DNA of 64,000 nucleotides, taken from Mobula hypostoma. Lineage: Eukaryota. The stretch is from the NCBI RefSeq assembly GCF_963921235.1, contig NC_086097.1:150352001-150416000 (forward strand), in the 5' to 3' direction. The notes beneath the pieces are model-generated. The model saw nothing but the letters and a program-made list of their open reading frames with translations. It had not been told where the DNA came from and ran no database searches. A program made the translations under genes and the position numbers. The first letter of the stretch is position 1; every line of letters begins with the position of its first letter. Positions 25,736 through 37,272 of this stretch are shown here, piece after piece.

Positions 25736-28700
25736 CAGCTTCCCCTGCTATTCGAAGGTGGAGCATTCCTATGAAACGGTTTGTAAGCCGAAATGTTGCA
25801 AAGTGAATAAGCAATTACCATTTATTAATATGGGAAAAATTTTTGAGCATTCCCAGACCCAAAAAATAACCCACAAAATCATGCCAAATAACACATAAAA
25901 CCTGAAATAACAGTAACATATAGTAAAAGCAGGAATGATATGATAAATACACAGCCTATATAAAGTAGAAATACTTTTCTGCAGCACTGTCTAGCGCAGC
26001 AAAAATCTCGCGGAAGTGCTCTCGGCAGGAACACTCTCTCTAGTAACCTTTAAGCTATGAAGCTGCCAAATCATACCAAATAACACATAAAAATACACAG
26101 CCTATATAAAGTAGAAATAATGTATGTACAGTGTAGTTTCACTTACCGGAATTGGGAAGACTCCAATAAATTGCAGTTTCATCACAGTTAAACACCTGCT
26201 TATATGAATCACCATCTGATGCAATCGGCAATTCTGATCTGGGCTGACATTTATGTGCCAGGCGGCACCTAATTAATTAGCTTATTTATTTTGGCTTTTT
26301 TCTTAAAGATGTGCTGGGTGCGTTCCGATTACCACTGCACCACTACATTGTTCGCAGCAATGTATTGGTCCGCGGCCCGGAGGTTGGGGACCAGTGCTTA
26401 AACTGCGAAGACTCAGAAACCGATCAAACCACCCATGACTATCTTTAAATTCCGCTTTCGCAACACTTTCATCACCATCGTCCAGTGCCTTCTGTGTCAG
26501 CTCATTAAAAAGACTGACAGATTTCTCCTTAAGTATAAGAAAACTTAAGGGAACACCACGCTTTGTACACCCATCAAACCACTCAAGCAATCGACTTTCC
26601 ATTTTATCCATTATTGGATGCCAACTAAGAGAGACCACTTTGCTATGAGCAGAACCAACAGTAACATTGGCAGCATTCAAAATTCTTTCTCTCTGCATAT
26701 AAATAGTGTGAATGGTGAACGCAGGCGTGTTCAATGCGTGGACAATGACCTTCCTTCGTCCATCACGATCAAAATGACAATAGACAATAGGTGCAGAAGT
26801 AGACCATTCAGCCCTTCGAGCCTGCACCGCCATTCTGAGATCATGGCTGATCATCTACTATCAATACCCGGTTCCTGCCTTGTCCCCATAACCCTTGATT
26901 CCCCTATCCATAAGATACCTAACTAGCTCCTTCTTGAAAGCATCTAGAGAATTGGCCTCCATTGCCTTCTGAGGCAGCGTGTTCCACACCTCCACAACTC
27001 TCTGGGAGAAGTTCCTCCTCAACTCTGTCCTAAATGACCTACCCCTTATTCTTAAACCATGCCCTCTGGTACCGGACTCTCCCAGCATCTGGAACATATT
27101 TCCTGCCTCTATCTTGTCCAATCCCTTAATAATCTTATACGTCTCAATCAGATCCCCCCTCAATCTCCTTAATTCCAGCGTATACAAGCCCAGTTTCTCT
27201 AACCTCTCTGCGTAAGACAGTCCGGACATCCCAGGAATTAACCTAGTGAACCTACGCTGCACCTCCTCCACAGCCAGGATGTTCTTCCTTAACCCTGGAG
27301 ACCAAAACTGCACACAATACTCCAGGTGTGGTCTCACCAGGGCCCTGTACAAATGCAAAAGGATTTCCTTGCTCTTGTACTCAATTCCCTTTGTAATAAA
27401 GGCCAACATTCCATTAGCCTTCTTCACTGCCTGCTGCACTTGCTCATTCACCTTCATAGACTGATGAACAAGTACTCCTAGATCTCTTTGTATTTCTCCC
27501 TTACCTAACTCCACACCATTCAGATAATAATCTGCCTTCCTGTTCTTGCTTCCAAAGTGAATAACCTCACACTTATTCACATTAAACGCCATCTGCCAAG
27601 TTTCTGCCCACTCACCCAGCCTATCCAAGTCACCTTTAATTCTCCTAACATCCTCATCATGTCACACAGCCGCCCAGCTTAGTATCATCAGCAAACTTGC
27701 TGATGTTATTCACAATGCCTTCCTCTAAATCATTGACGTAAATCGTAAACAGCTGTGGTCCCAATACCGAGCCTTGTGGCACCCCACTAGTCACCACCTG
27801 CCATTCCGAGAAACACCCATTCACTGCTACCCTTTGCTTTCTATCTGCCAACCAGTTTTCTATCCATGTCAATATCTTCCCCGCAATGCCATGAGCACTG
27901 ATTTTACCCACCAATCTCCTATGTGGTACCTTATCAAATGCCTTCTGAAAGTCAAGGTACACCACATCCACTGGATCTCCCGCATCCATTTTCCTGGTTA
28001 CATCCTCGAAAAACTCCAATAGATTAGTCAAGCATGATTTGCCCTTGGTAAATCCATGCTGGCTCGGCCCAATCCTATCACTGCTATCAAGATATGCCGC
28101 TATTTCATCTTTAATAATGGACTCTAGCATCTTCCCCACTACTGATGTTAGGCTAACAGGGTGATAGTTCTCTGTTTTCTCCCTCCCTCCTTTCTTAAAG
28201 AGTGAGATAACATTAGCCATTCGCCAATCCTCAGGAACTGATCCTGAATCTAAGGAACATTGGAAAATGATCACCAATGCATCTGCAATTTCCAGAATCA
28301 CCTCCTTTAGTACCCTAGGATGCAGACCATCTGGACCTGGGGACTTGTTAGCCTTCAGTCCCGTCAGTCTACTCATCACCGTTTCCTTCCTAATGTCAGT
28401 TCCTCTGTTACTCTATGTCCTTGGCCCATCCATACATCTGGGAGATTGCTTGTGTCTTCCCTAGTGAAGACAGATCCAAAGTACTTATTAAATTCGTCTG
28501 CCATTTCTCTGTTTCCCATAACAATTTCTTCTAATTCATTCTTCAAGGGCCCAACATTGTTCTTAACTATCTTCCTTCTCTTCACATACCTAAAAAAAAC
28601 TTTTGCTATCCCCCTTTATATTCCTAGCTAGCTTGCGTTCATACCTCATTTTTTGTCCCTGTATTGCCTTTTTAGTTAAGTTCTGTTGCTCCTTAAAAAT

Positions 28701-29298
28701 TTCCCAATCATCCATCTTCCCACTCACCTTAGCTCTGTTATACTTCTTTTTTAATGCTATGCTATCTCTGACTTCCTTCGTCAACCACTGTGGCCACTTT
28801 CCCCCCTTTGAATCCTTCCTTCTCCAGGGTATGAACTGATTTTGCACCTTGTACATTATTCCCAAGAATACCTGCCATTGCTGTTCCACTGTCTTTTCTG
28901 CTAGGATATCCGACCAGTCAACTTTGGCCAGCTCCTCCCTCATGGCTCCATAGTCTCCTTTGTTCAACTGTAATACTGACACTTCTGATCTGCCCTTATC
29001 CCTCTGCTTAATTATGTCTTACACTAAGTGTAACACTCTTAAGAGCTCTTTTATGCTTTTCCGATACCTTTGAACTCATCTTGCGAACGGATGCACAAAA
29101 TAAATCGAAGTAAAGCACGTGTTTAAGTAATGCCGGCTAGAATGCTGTTCCAGGGGAGAAGCTTGGCTGTTCGGGCGCACGCTGCCTTTTTTCCTAACAG
29201 TGAAAACACCTTCTGTTAGCGAAAACAGATAACTAATGGAGGTCTTTCGTAACAGCGAGGTGTCATAAAGCGAATGTTCGGAAAACGGGGGCCACCTG
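25736..29298 (-). mobile_element. Tigger/pogo DNA transposon (internally deleted; CENP-B-like HTH domains only)
   Basis: TA on both sides (25734-25735 and 29299-29300) and imperfect CAG..CCCC..CGAA TIRs. Transposase N-terminus 'MSSKVSEKHKRALKSVTLSV' (from ~29079) and 'MESRLLEWFD...LKEKS...FKDSHGWFDRF' (26410-26776). Confidence 0.88.
26777..29006 (-). mobile_element. CR1 LINE, 5'-truncated, inserted in the Tigger transposase
   Basis: RT motifs '[13 protein letters not shown]', '[10 protein letters not shown]' and 'SKFADDTK'. (TATTGTC)n tail at 26777. Confidence 0.95.
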
Positions 29299-30739
29299 TA
29301 TTCTGTTTCACTTTCCAAGATCTTGCCTTTCAAAATGTTTTGCAGATGGCTTTTTTTTAACATTTGTTTGGTGCTTTTTATGGCATTCTCTTCTCAATGT
29401 TTTGACTGAGGGAGGTGTTTTGCATTCCTTTTTCATTGGAGACATGCCTTCAAGAGAGGTGGGGGTAGGGAAGTGCCTAGATAGTCTTCTGGCTGTCTAT
29501 TGGCCAGTTTTCAGGCTTTGTGGGTGGGGAGTGGGGCTATTTTTAGTTTAGTTTTTTCCATCTTGGCTGATCTGAAACTACAAATATGTCTGAATGTTGT
29601 AACTTCTGGTTCCTCTTTAAACCTATTTCCCTCTTCCTGATTCATGAGTTTCCTATGCAGTAAGGTTAACCCTTTACACACCATATGGTTTATTCAAGTA
29701 CAATGTATAATATTATTAACTCTGTTTCATGGAATACGAATGGTTTGAATCATCCGATTAAATGAAAGAAAATTTTTTGAAGTTTTTCTTACATTGAATG
29801 CTCAGATCATCTTTGCCCAGGAAACTCATGTAAGGAAGGAAGATAATCAGCATCTTTTTTAGGTTTTGGAAAAAATTACCTTTCACTCTAATTCACACGA
29901 AAAGGTGAAAGGAGTCTCTATTTTTATAGATTCCTCGATTTCATTTGTTCACTTTGAAACAATTTCAGACCCGAATGGTAGATTTCTGTTAATTACTGGT
30001 TAACTTTATAACCAAAAAGTTGTTATGGTTAATATCTATGCACCAAATTCCGATTATCCTGAATTCTTTAAGCATTTATTTGCATCTCTTCCTAATTTAA
30101 ATGAATATAAGTTGATAATGGGCAGAGATTTTAACTGTTGCCTGAATCCCTCAATGGACATTTCTGCATCCAGTCAGGTACTTCCAAACAAGTCCGCTAT
30201 TCTTATTAATTCCTTTTTAGTTGACTCTGGAATTTTAGAAGTTTGGAGGTTTTTATATCCTAACGATAAAGAGTTCTCATTCTTTTCTCATGTATATCAT
30301 AATTACTCCAGAACTGATTACTTTTTCATTGGCTCTCAATTAGTTTCATCTGTTACAGCCTGTGAGTATGATGCAATTGCCGTCTCTGATCATGCGCCCC
30401 TGAAACTATCAATCAAATTAACTGATGTAACTTTCAATGCTAGACAATGGCGATTCAATTCTATTGTGCTTCAGGACTTAAATTTTGTTAACTTTATTAA
30501 AGAACAGATTGCCTTTTTCATCTCAACTAATTTTACGGAAGAAATTTCCAGTGGGATATTATGGGACACTTTTAAAGTATATATCCGTGGGCAAATTATT
30601 TCATATTCTGCTGGACTGAAAATACGAATTAATAATGAAATATATTCATTGGTTGATAAGATTAAAGAAATTGTTAAAAAATATTCTACTCCTCCTAATT
30701 TGGAGCTTTACAAAAAGAGAATGGAACTTCAGATGCAAC

Positions 30740-32183
30740 TGTCATGGTCCGGATCAGGGTCCCTTTAAATTTAGCTTGTTTATGTTACGATCCGGACCGT
30801 TGATTCCCTGTTTTCCCATGTCCCTCGACTTTGGTGATTAGAGGCAATTAACACTCGGCTGAACCGGTAGTTTATAGTCTCTGGCTTTCAGCCATTCAGT
30901 GCAGGAGCCTCTGCAAGGTCTGCAAAGTCACGGTGTGCCAATGTCATCTGACTGGAGCAAGCATTGTCTACGCCAGAAGCGAGTGCCGGTAATTCGCCTT
31001 TCCTCACCGGAGCAACCCTGTCCAGTTACCTCACTGAAGCGAGCCTGAGAAGTTTCCTCTTCAAGGTGGGTCCGTCAGTTAACCCGCCGAAGAGAATCAA
31101 GAGCCACTGTCTACTGTTCCCGGGCTGAGTTGAGAATTCTGCACTACCTGGAGGTCCCAAGCACCACATCCTGGCTCCGGCGGCATCCAAGTACCACGTC
31201 CACGTCCTGGCTCCAGTGGCGTTCAAGTACCACGTCCACGTCCTGGCCCTGGCGGCATTCAAGTACCATGTCAAATCCTGGGCCTGGCGGCTTCCCAGTT
31301 CTGAGTCTAGTCCTGGCCCTGGCGGTCTGTGATTTCTGTCCTACCCCCTTGTCTGAATCCCTTCTCTGCCCCTCTCACCTTTAGCCCTCGTCTGCAGCCC
31401 CCACCTGCACTTCAGTCTAGTTCCATCACCGGAGCTAGATAGGTACTGTCTGGTGTTCATTCGTGTTGGTCTGGTCTTGTCCTCGCCTCCGTGGGGTAAG
31501 AAGTCAGGCCGTCTTGCCGTTGCTCTGCGGGGAGTTATGTCTTGTCTTGTCCTGTCCTCACCTCTGTGGGGTAAGTCAGGCCGTCTTGCCATTGCCCCGC
31601 AGGGAGTCATGTCTTGTCTTGTCCTGTCCTCGCTTCCGTGGGGTAAGTCAGGCCGTCTTGCCATTGCCCTGCGGAGGGTCTTGAGTCCCGGCCCTATGCC
31701 CTGTACCCAAGGAGGGGTCCTGACTCTCTGTTCTGTGTGTGAGTCCCGGCCCTATGTCCTGTACCCAAGGAAGGGTCCCGACTCTGTGTTCTGTGTATGT
31801 GTCCATGGTTCCATGTACCAGCTCCCCGAAACCAAGGCTCTGTTTTCCATATTCCTCCTCTCCCTAGCCCATGTCATGTCCATGCCTGGTTCTGGGGTCC
31901 GAGCCCGAGGCAAGACCTAGGTACTGGGTCCTTGCCCAGTCTCGGGCTCCAAGTCCATACCCTAGCCTCTTCATGTCTCCTCTAATTCTGGGAGCCGATT
32001 CCGAGTCCAAGCCCAGACCCTTGGTCCCAGCCTAGTCGTAGTCCTGAGTCCTTGTCCAGTTTGCTATTTCCTGCTCCTGCCTTGCTCTCCTGGTATCGAA
32101 CAATAAACTAAATCTAAGTAACCTCACAAGGTGTGTCTTGCATTTGGGTCCACCCTTGCTCCCAATGTCCCGCCATTGTGACA
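30740..32183 (+). mobile_element. Solo LTR (Sushi-like) with internal 36-bp and 72-bp tandem repeats
   Basis: TGTCA...TGACA termini, perfect 5-bp TSD GCAAC (30735-30739 and 32184-32188), AATAAA at ~32102. Confidence 0.9.
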
Positions 32184-32463
32184 GCAACACAGTTTGTTAT
32201 TAACATCCCCAATTGAAAATCAATTACTTAAATCTAAGTGTAAATTTTATAAACATGGTGATAAATTGGGTAAATTACTGGCCAACCAATTGAAAGCTGC
32301 TTTGGCTAAATGGCAGATTATTAAAGTTCGTAAATGGGATTGTAGCGGTGTGCTACATACAGCGCTAGAATAACCACACGGAGTCGGTGAGTTAGAGTTG
32401 CGATGAAAGAGATTTATTCAAACTTCGTGGCCTGCTTTAAAGCCTTCCCATTCCCGCCCTCCC

Positions 32464-35033
32464 AGGGAAGCTCGTCCACCCAGTTAGGCCCCTCCAGGCG
32501 GGCCATGAGAGCCGATTTCAGGTGACGGTGGAAGCGCTCCACTAGTCCGTTCAACTGTGGGTGGTAGGCGGTTGTGTGGTGTAGCTGAGATCCTAAAAGG
32601 TTGGCCATACCTGACCACAGACTGGAGGTGAACTGGGCGCCCCTGTTGGAGGTAATGTGGGCCGGTACTCCGAAGCGGGCTACCCAGGTTGCGATCAGTG
32701 CTCGGGCGCAGGATTCAGAGGTGGTGTCGGTGAGCGGGACTGCCTCTGGCCATCTGGTGAACCGGTCTATCATAGTTAGGAGGTACTGCGCTCCTCGTGA
32801 CACTGGCAGGGGCCCCACGATATCCACATGGATATGGTCGAACCTCCGGCGGGTGGGTTCGAACTGCTGCGGTGGAGCCTTGGTGTGCCGCTGCACCTTG
32901 GCCGTTTGGCACTGCATACACGTTTTGGCCCATTCACTGACCTGTTTACGCAGTCCATGCCACACGAACCTGCTGGCGACCAGCCGGATGGTTGTCCTGA
33001 TGGAGGGGTGTGCTAAGTTGTGAATGGACTCGAAAACCCGCCGGCGCCAGGCTGCTGGGACGACGGGGCGGGGTTGGCCGGTAGCTACGTCACATAGTAG
33101 GGCCCTCTCACCTGGGCCTACGGGGAGGTCTTGGAGCTGCAAACCAGAGACTGCAGTCCTGTAACTGGGGATCTCAGCGTCTGCCTGCTGTGCCTCTGCC
33201 AGCGCTGCATAGTCCACCCCCTGGGACAGGGCCTGTATGGTAGGTCTGGATAATGCATCCGCAACAACGTTGTCCTTTCCAGAGACATGCCGGATGTCCG
33301 TCGTGTACTCGGAGATCTAGGACAGATGTCGCTGCTGGCGGGACGACCAGGGGTCGGACGCCTTCATGAACGCAAAGGTAAGCGGTTTGTGGTCTGTGAA
33401 CGCAGTGAAGGGCCTACCTTCTAAGAAGTACCTGAAATGCCGGATTGCCAGGTATAGTGCCAATAGCTCCCGGTCGAAAGCACTGTATTTGAGTTCAGGT
33501 GGTTGTAGGTGTTTGCTGAAGAATGCCAGGGATTGCCAGCGACCCTCGATGAGTTGTTCCAGCACTCCACCGACCGCTGTGTTGGATGCATCCACCGTGA
33601 GGGCAGTAGGAACGTCCTTTCTGGGGTGCAGTAGCATCGCGGCGTTTGCCAAGGCTTCTTTGGTTTTAACGAAAGCAGTTGCGGCCTCTTCGTCCCAGGT
33701 AATGTCCTTGCCCTTACCCAACATCAGGGTGAACAGGGGTCGCATGGTTCGGGCTGCTGAGGGGAGGAAATGGTGGTAGAAATTCACCATACCCACGAAT
33801 TCCTGCAGGCCTTTGATTGTGTTGGGTCGGGGGAAGTTGCGGACCGCGTCTACCTTGGCAGGCAGCGGGGTTGCCCCGTCTTTAGTAATCCTGTGGCCCA
33901 GGAAGTCGATGGTGTTGCGTCCGAATTGGCATTTGGCTGGGTTGATTGTAAGGCCGAATTTGCTCAGGCGGGAGTAGAGCTGGCGGAGGTGGAACAGATG
34001 CTCCTGCCGAATACTGCTTGCTATGAGGATGTCGTCCAAATAGATGAATGCAAAGTCAAGGTCATGTCCCACCGCATCCATTAGCCGCTGGAAAGTTTGA
34101 GCGGCATTCTTTAGACCAAACGGCATTCGGAGGAATTCAAAAAGTCCGAACAGGGTGATGTGCTGTTTTGGAGATGTCGTCTGGATGTACAGGGATTTGA
34201 TGGTATCCCCGGATGAGGTCTACCTTGGAAAAGATCCTTGCGCCGTGTAGGTTTGCTGCGAAGTCTTGAATGTGCGGCACAGGGTAGCGGTCTGGCGTTG
34301 TAGCCTCGTTCAGTCTGCGGTAGTCACCGCATGGTCTCCAGCCCCCCATTGCCTTGGGCACCATGTGAAGGGGGGAGGCCCATGTGCTGTCGGACCGTCG
34401 TATGATCCCCAATTCCTCTATCTTCTTGAAATCCTCCTTCGCCAGTCGGAGATTGTTGGGGGGAAGCCTTCGAGCACGGGTGTGGAGGGGTGGTCCCTGG
34501 GTCGGGATGTGGTGCTGTACTCCGTGTCTGGGCATGGCTGCCGTGAACTGCGGTGTCAGTACTGATGGGAAATCCGCCAGGACCCTGGTGAATTCATCGT
34601 CGGACAGCGTGATGGAGTCCAGGTGTGGGGCTGGCAACTGTGCTTCACCCAGGGAGAATGTTTGAAAAGTCTTAGCGTGGACTAATCGCTTCCCTTGCAG
34701 GTCGACCAGCAGGCTGTGGGCTCGCAGAAAATCCGCCCCCAGGAGTGGTTGGGCCACGGCGACCAGTGTGAAGTTCCACGTGAACCGGCTGGAGCTGAAC
34801 TGTAGCCGCACCATGCGGGTGCCGTAGGTTCGTATTGTGCTGCCATTAGCGGTCCTCAGGGTGGGTCCCGGTTCTCTGTTGCGGGTGTCGTAACTCGTTG
34901 GAGGTAAGACGCTGATCTCCGCTCCGGTGTCGACCAAAAATCAGCGACCCGACTGCTTGTCCCAGACGTACAGGAGGCTGTCCTGATGGCCAGCCGCCGT
35001 AGCCATCAGCGGCGGCTGGCCCTGGCGTTTCCT
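32464..35033 (-). pseudogene. pol: pol (protease, RT, RNase H, integrase) with stops, a frameshift and a 3' deletion
   Basis: Motifs 'VDTGAEISV', 'YLDD', 'TVDAS', 'TDHKPL', 'HPSIR..CMQCQ', 'IHVDIVGPLP' and 'NGLVERFH'. Confidence 0.9.
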
Positions 35034-35710
35034 GGGAATTTGCAGGGTGGTCTGCAGCGGCGGGCCTCCGTGCCCCACCGCTGGTGGTAGAAACACTGTT
35101 GTTCGTTGGGCTCCTCACTCCCGTCGCCGGGTTTTGTAGGCTCTGCAACCGGGCCTGGTCTGGTCTGTCGTTGGGTACGCGGCTTGGTGATCTGTGCGAC
35201 GGATGCCCCTCTCTCTTTCCTGGCATTCCACAACACATCTGCTCGGGCCGCCACCTCCCGGGGTTCGCTGAAATCTGCATTGGACAGCAGCAGGCATATG
35301 TTCTCGGGCAGTTGCTCTAGGAACGCCTGCTCAAACATAAGGCAGGGTTTGTGTCCTTCAGCCAGGGCCAGCATCTCGTTCATTAATGCTGACGGCGGCC
35401 TGTCTCCCAAACCATCCAGGTGCATTAAGCGGCGTGCTCGTTCACACCGTGAGAGTCCGGAAGTCCTTATGAGCAGGGCTTTGAATGCTGTGTATTTGCC
35501 GTTCTCCAGGGGCAACTGTATAAACTCCTCAACTTGTGCAGCAGTCTCCTGGTCGAGTGAGCTCAGCACGTAGTAGTAGCGAGTGGACTCCGAGGTTATC
35601 TGCCGAATGTGGAATTGAGCTTCTGCTTGTTCGAACCATAAATGGGGTCGCAGCGTCCAGAAACTTGGCAGTCTTAATGAAACTGCGTGAACAGATGCAG
35701 CGTCGGTCAT
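35006..35710 (-). CDS. gag: Retrotransposon Gag (234 aa, open)
   Basis: 'LRLPSFWTLRPHLWFEQAEAQF' and the C-x2-H-x9-C-x3-C motif 'CFYHQRWGTEARRCRPPC'. Confidence 0.85.
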   Translation of the reverse strand: MTDAASVHAVSLRLPSFWTLRPHLWFEQAEAQFHIRQITSESTRYYYVLSSLDQETAAQVEEFIQLPLENGKYTAFKALLIRTSGLSRCERARRLMHLDGLGDRPPSALMNEMLALAEGHKPCLMFEQAFLEQLPENICLLLSNADFSEPREVAARADVLWNARKERGASVAQITKPRTQRQTRPGPVAEPTKPGDGSEEPNEQQCFYHQRWGTEARRCRPPCKFPGNARASRR

Positions 35711-35734
35711 CTCTGGTCCAAATATCGTTTGGGC

Positions 35735-35748
35735 CGTCGGGGTCACCA
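35735..35748 (-). promoter_or_regulatory. Primer-binding site complementary to the tRNA-Trp 3' end
   Basis: TGGTGACCCCGACG lies 2 nt downstream of the 5' LTR. Confidence 0.85.
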
Positions 35749-36959
35749 ATTGTAGCGGTGTGCTACACACAGCGCTAGAATAACCACATGGAGTCGGTGA
35801 GTTAGAGTTGCGATGAAAGAGATTTATTCAAACTTCGCAGCCTGCTTTAAAGCCTTCCCGTTCCCGCCCTCCCTGGGGCAGGATTGCTGTGGGGAATGCA
35901 TATTCCCAGACCCTTTCCGCGCGCGGGATTTTCCCCCTGCTGGTGAAGATGGCCTGGCGCCCTTTTTGGGGCCAGCCCTCTGCCTGCGCGCGCTGTTGTG
36001 AGCCGGTTCGTGTGTGCCAGAAAGTGGGTCGCCACAGGATGTTACTTTGATGGCTGATCACGATGAAATTAATAAATCTTTTCAAGAATTCTATACCTCT
36101 TTATACCAATCAGAATTTCCTGATAATTCTACCATAATGCATGAATTTTTAAGAAAATTGAATATTCTGAAATTACCACTTAATGAATGTTTAACATTAG
36201 ATGCACCCATTACAGAAGAAGAAATAAAGAAAGCAATTTCCTTGATGAATTCTAGTAAAGGACCCGGCCTGGATGGGTATACAGTAGCATTTAAAATATC
36301 TTTATCAAGTCTACTTTCTCCATGGTTATGTAGAATTTTTAAGAATGCCTTATTTGTAGGTAAATTACCACAATCTTTTTATGAAGCATCAATTCCTTTA
36401 ATTCCTAAAAAAGATAAAGATCCCACTGAATGTGCATCATGTAGACCCATAATCTTGTTAAATGTGGACTCCAAAATTTTTTCCAATCTATTAGCAATTA
36501 GATTTGAATATGTATTGCTACAAATTGTTTCTGATGACCAGACAGGGTTTATTAAAAATTGATATTCGTATTTTAATGTTAGGAGGTTGATGAACTTTGT
36601 ATATACTTCTTCATCTAAAACTCCAGAATGTGTTATTTCGCTTGATGCTTTGAAGGCGTTTGATAGAGTTGAATGGGAATATTTATTTAACATCTTTGAG
36701 AAATTCAATTTTAGCCCAAAACTCATTATCTTGGATTAAATTAATATATCATATACCTTTGGCTTCTGTACTTACTAATAACCAGAGATCCCCCTTTTTT
36801 AGGATTTTTTTGAGGTACTAAACAGGGCTGTTCTTTAAGCCCTTTACTAATTGATATTGTCTTGGAGCCCTTGGGAATTGCTCTTCGCAATATTTGGTGT
36901 TATTTGTGGGAATGAGACGCATAAGGTATCATTATATGTAGATAACCTGTTACTAAATT

Positions 36960-37272
36960 AAACTTTCACCTTTCACACTTAACCCATGACCTCCGGGTTA
37001 ACCAACCACAGTGGAAAAAGCCCACTTGCATAAACCCTATCTGTACACCTCATAATTTTGTATATCTTTTTCAAACCTCCTTGCAATCTTCTATGTTCTT
37101 AGGAATAAATTCCTAACCTTATAACTCAGGTCCCTCAGACCCGGTAATATCCTTGTAAGTTTTCGTTGTACTCTTTCAACATTGTTTACATCTCTCCTGA
37201 TCAAAACTGCACTCAATACTCCAAATTAGGCCTCACCAACATCTTATAAACTTCAACATAACATCCTATCTC
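36960..37272 (-). mobile_element. CR1 3' ORF2 relic
   Basis: Reverse complement matches the 'LVRPNLEY' region; similar to 15240-15570. Confidence 0.7.

Larger units (their letters stand above)
32341..36036 (-). mobile_element. Ty3/Gypsy retrotransposon, CsRn1/Kabuki-like clade
   Basis: TSD GGAT (32337-32340 and 36037-36040). 5' LTR 35751-36036 and partial 3' LTR 32341-32463. tRNA-Trp PBS, CHCC gag motif, and PR-RT-RH-IN domain order. Confidence 0.93.
24365..36955 (+). mobile_element. L1 LINE (degenerate ORF1 ~24500-25460; ORF2 29705-36955) carrying three direct nested insertions
   Basis: ORF1 has 'DLESRSRRQNLRMIGL'. ORF2 has 'SWNTNGLNHPIK', 'NIYAPN', 'SDHAP', 'DQTGFIK' and 'QGCSLSP'. The ORF2 frame rejoins across the insertions at 30740 and 32341. 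Confidence 0.9.

Noticed and set aside
26303..26854. TIGD/CENP-B host gene
   Set aside because: The ORF is a chimera of a CR1 3' UTR, a transposase HTH and a MITE, inside TA-flanked TIRs.
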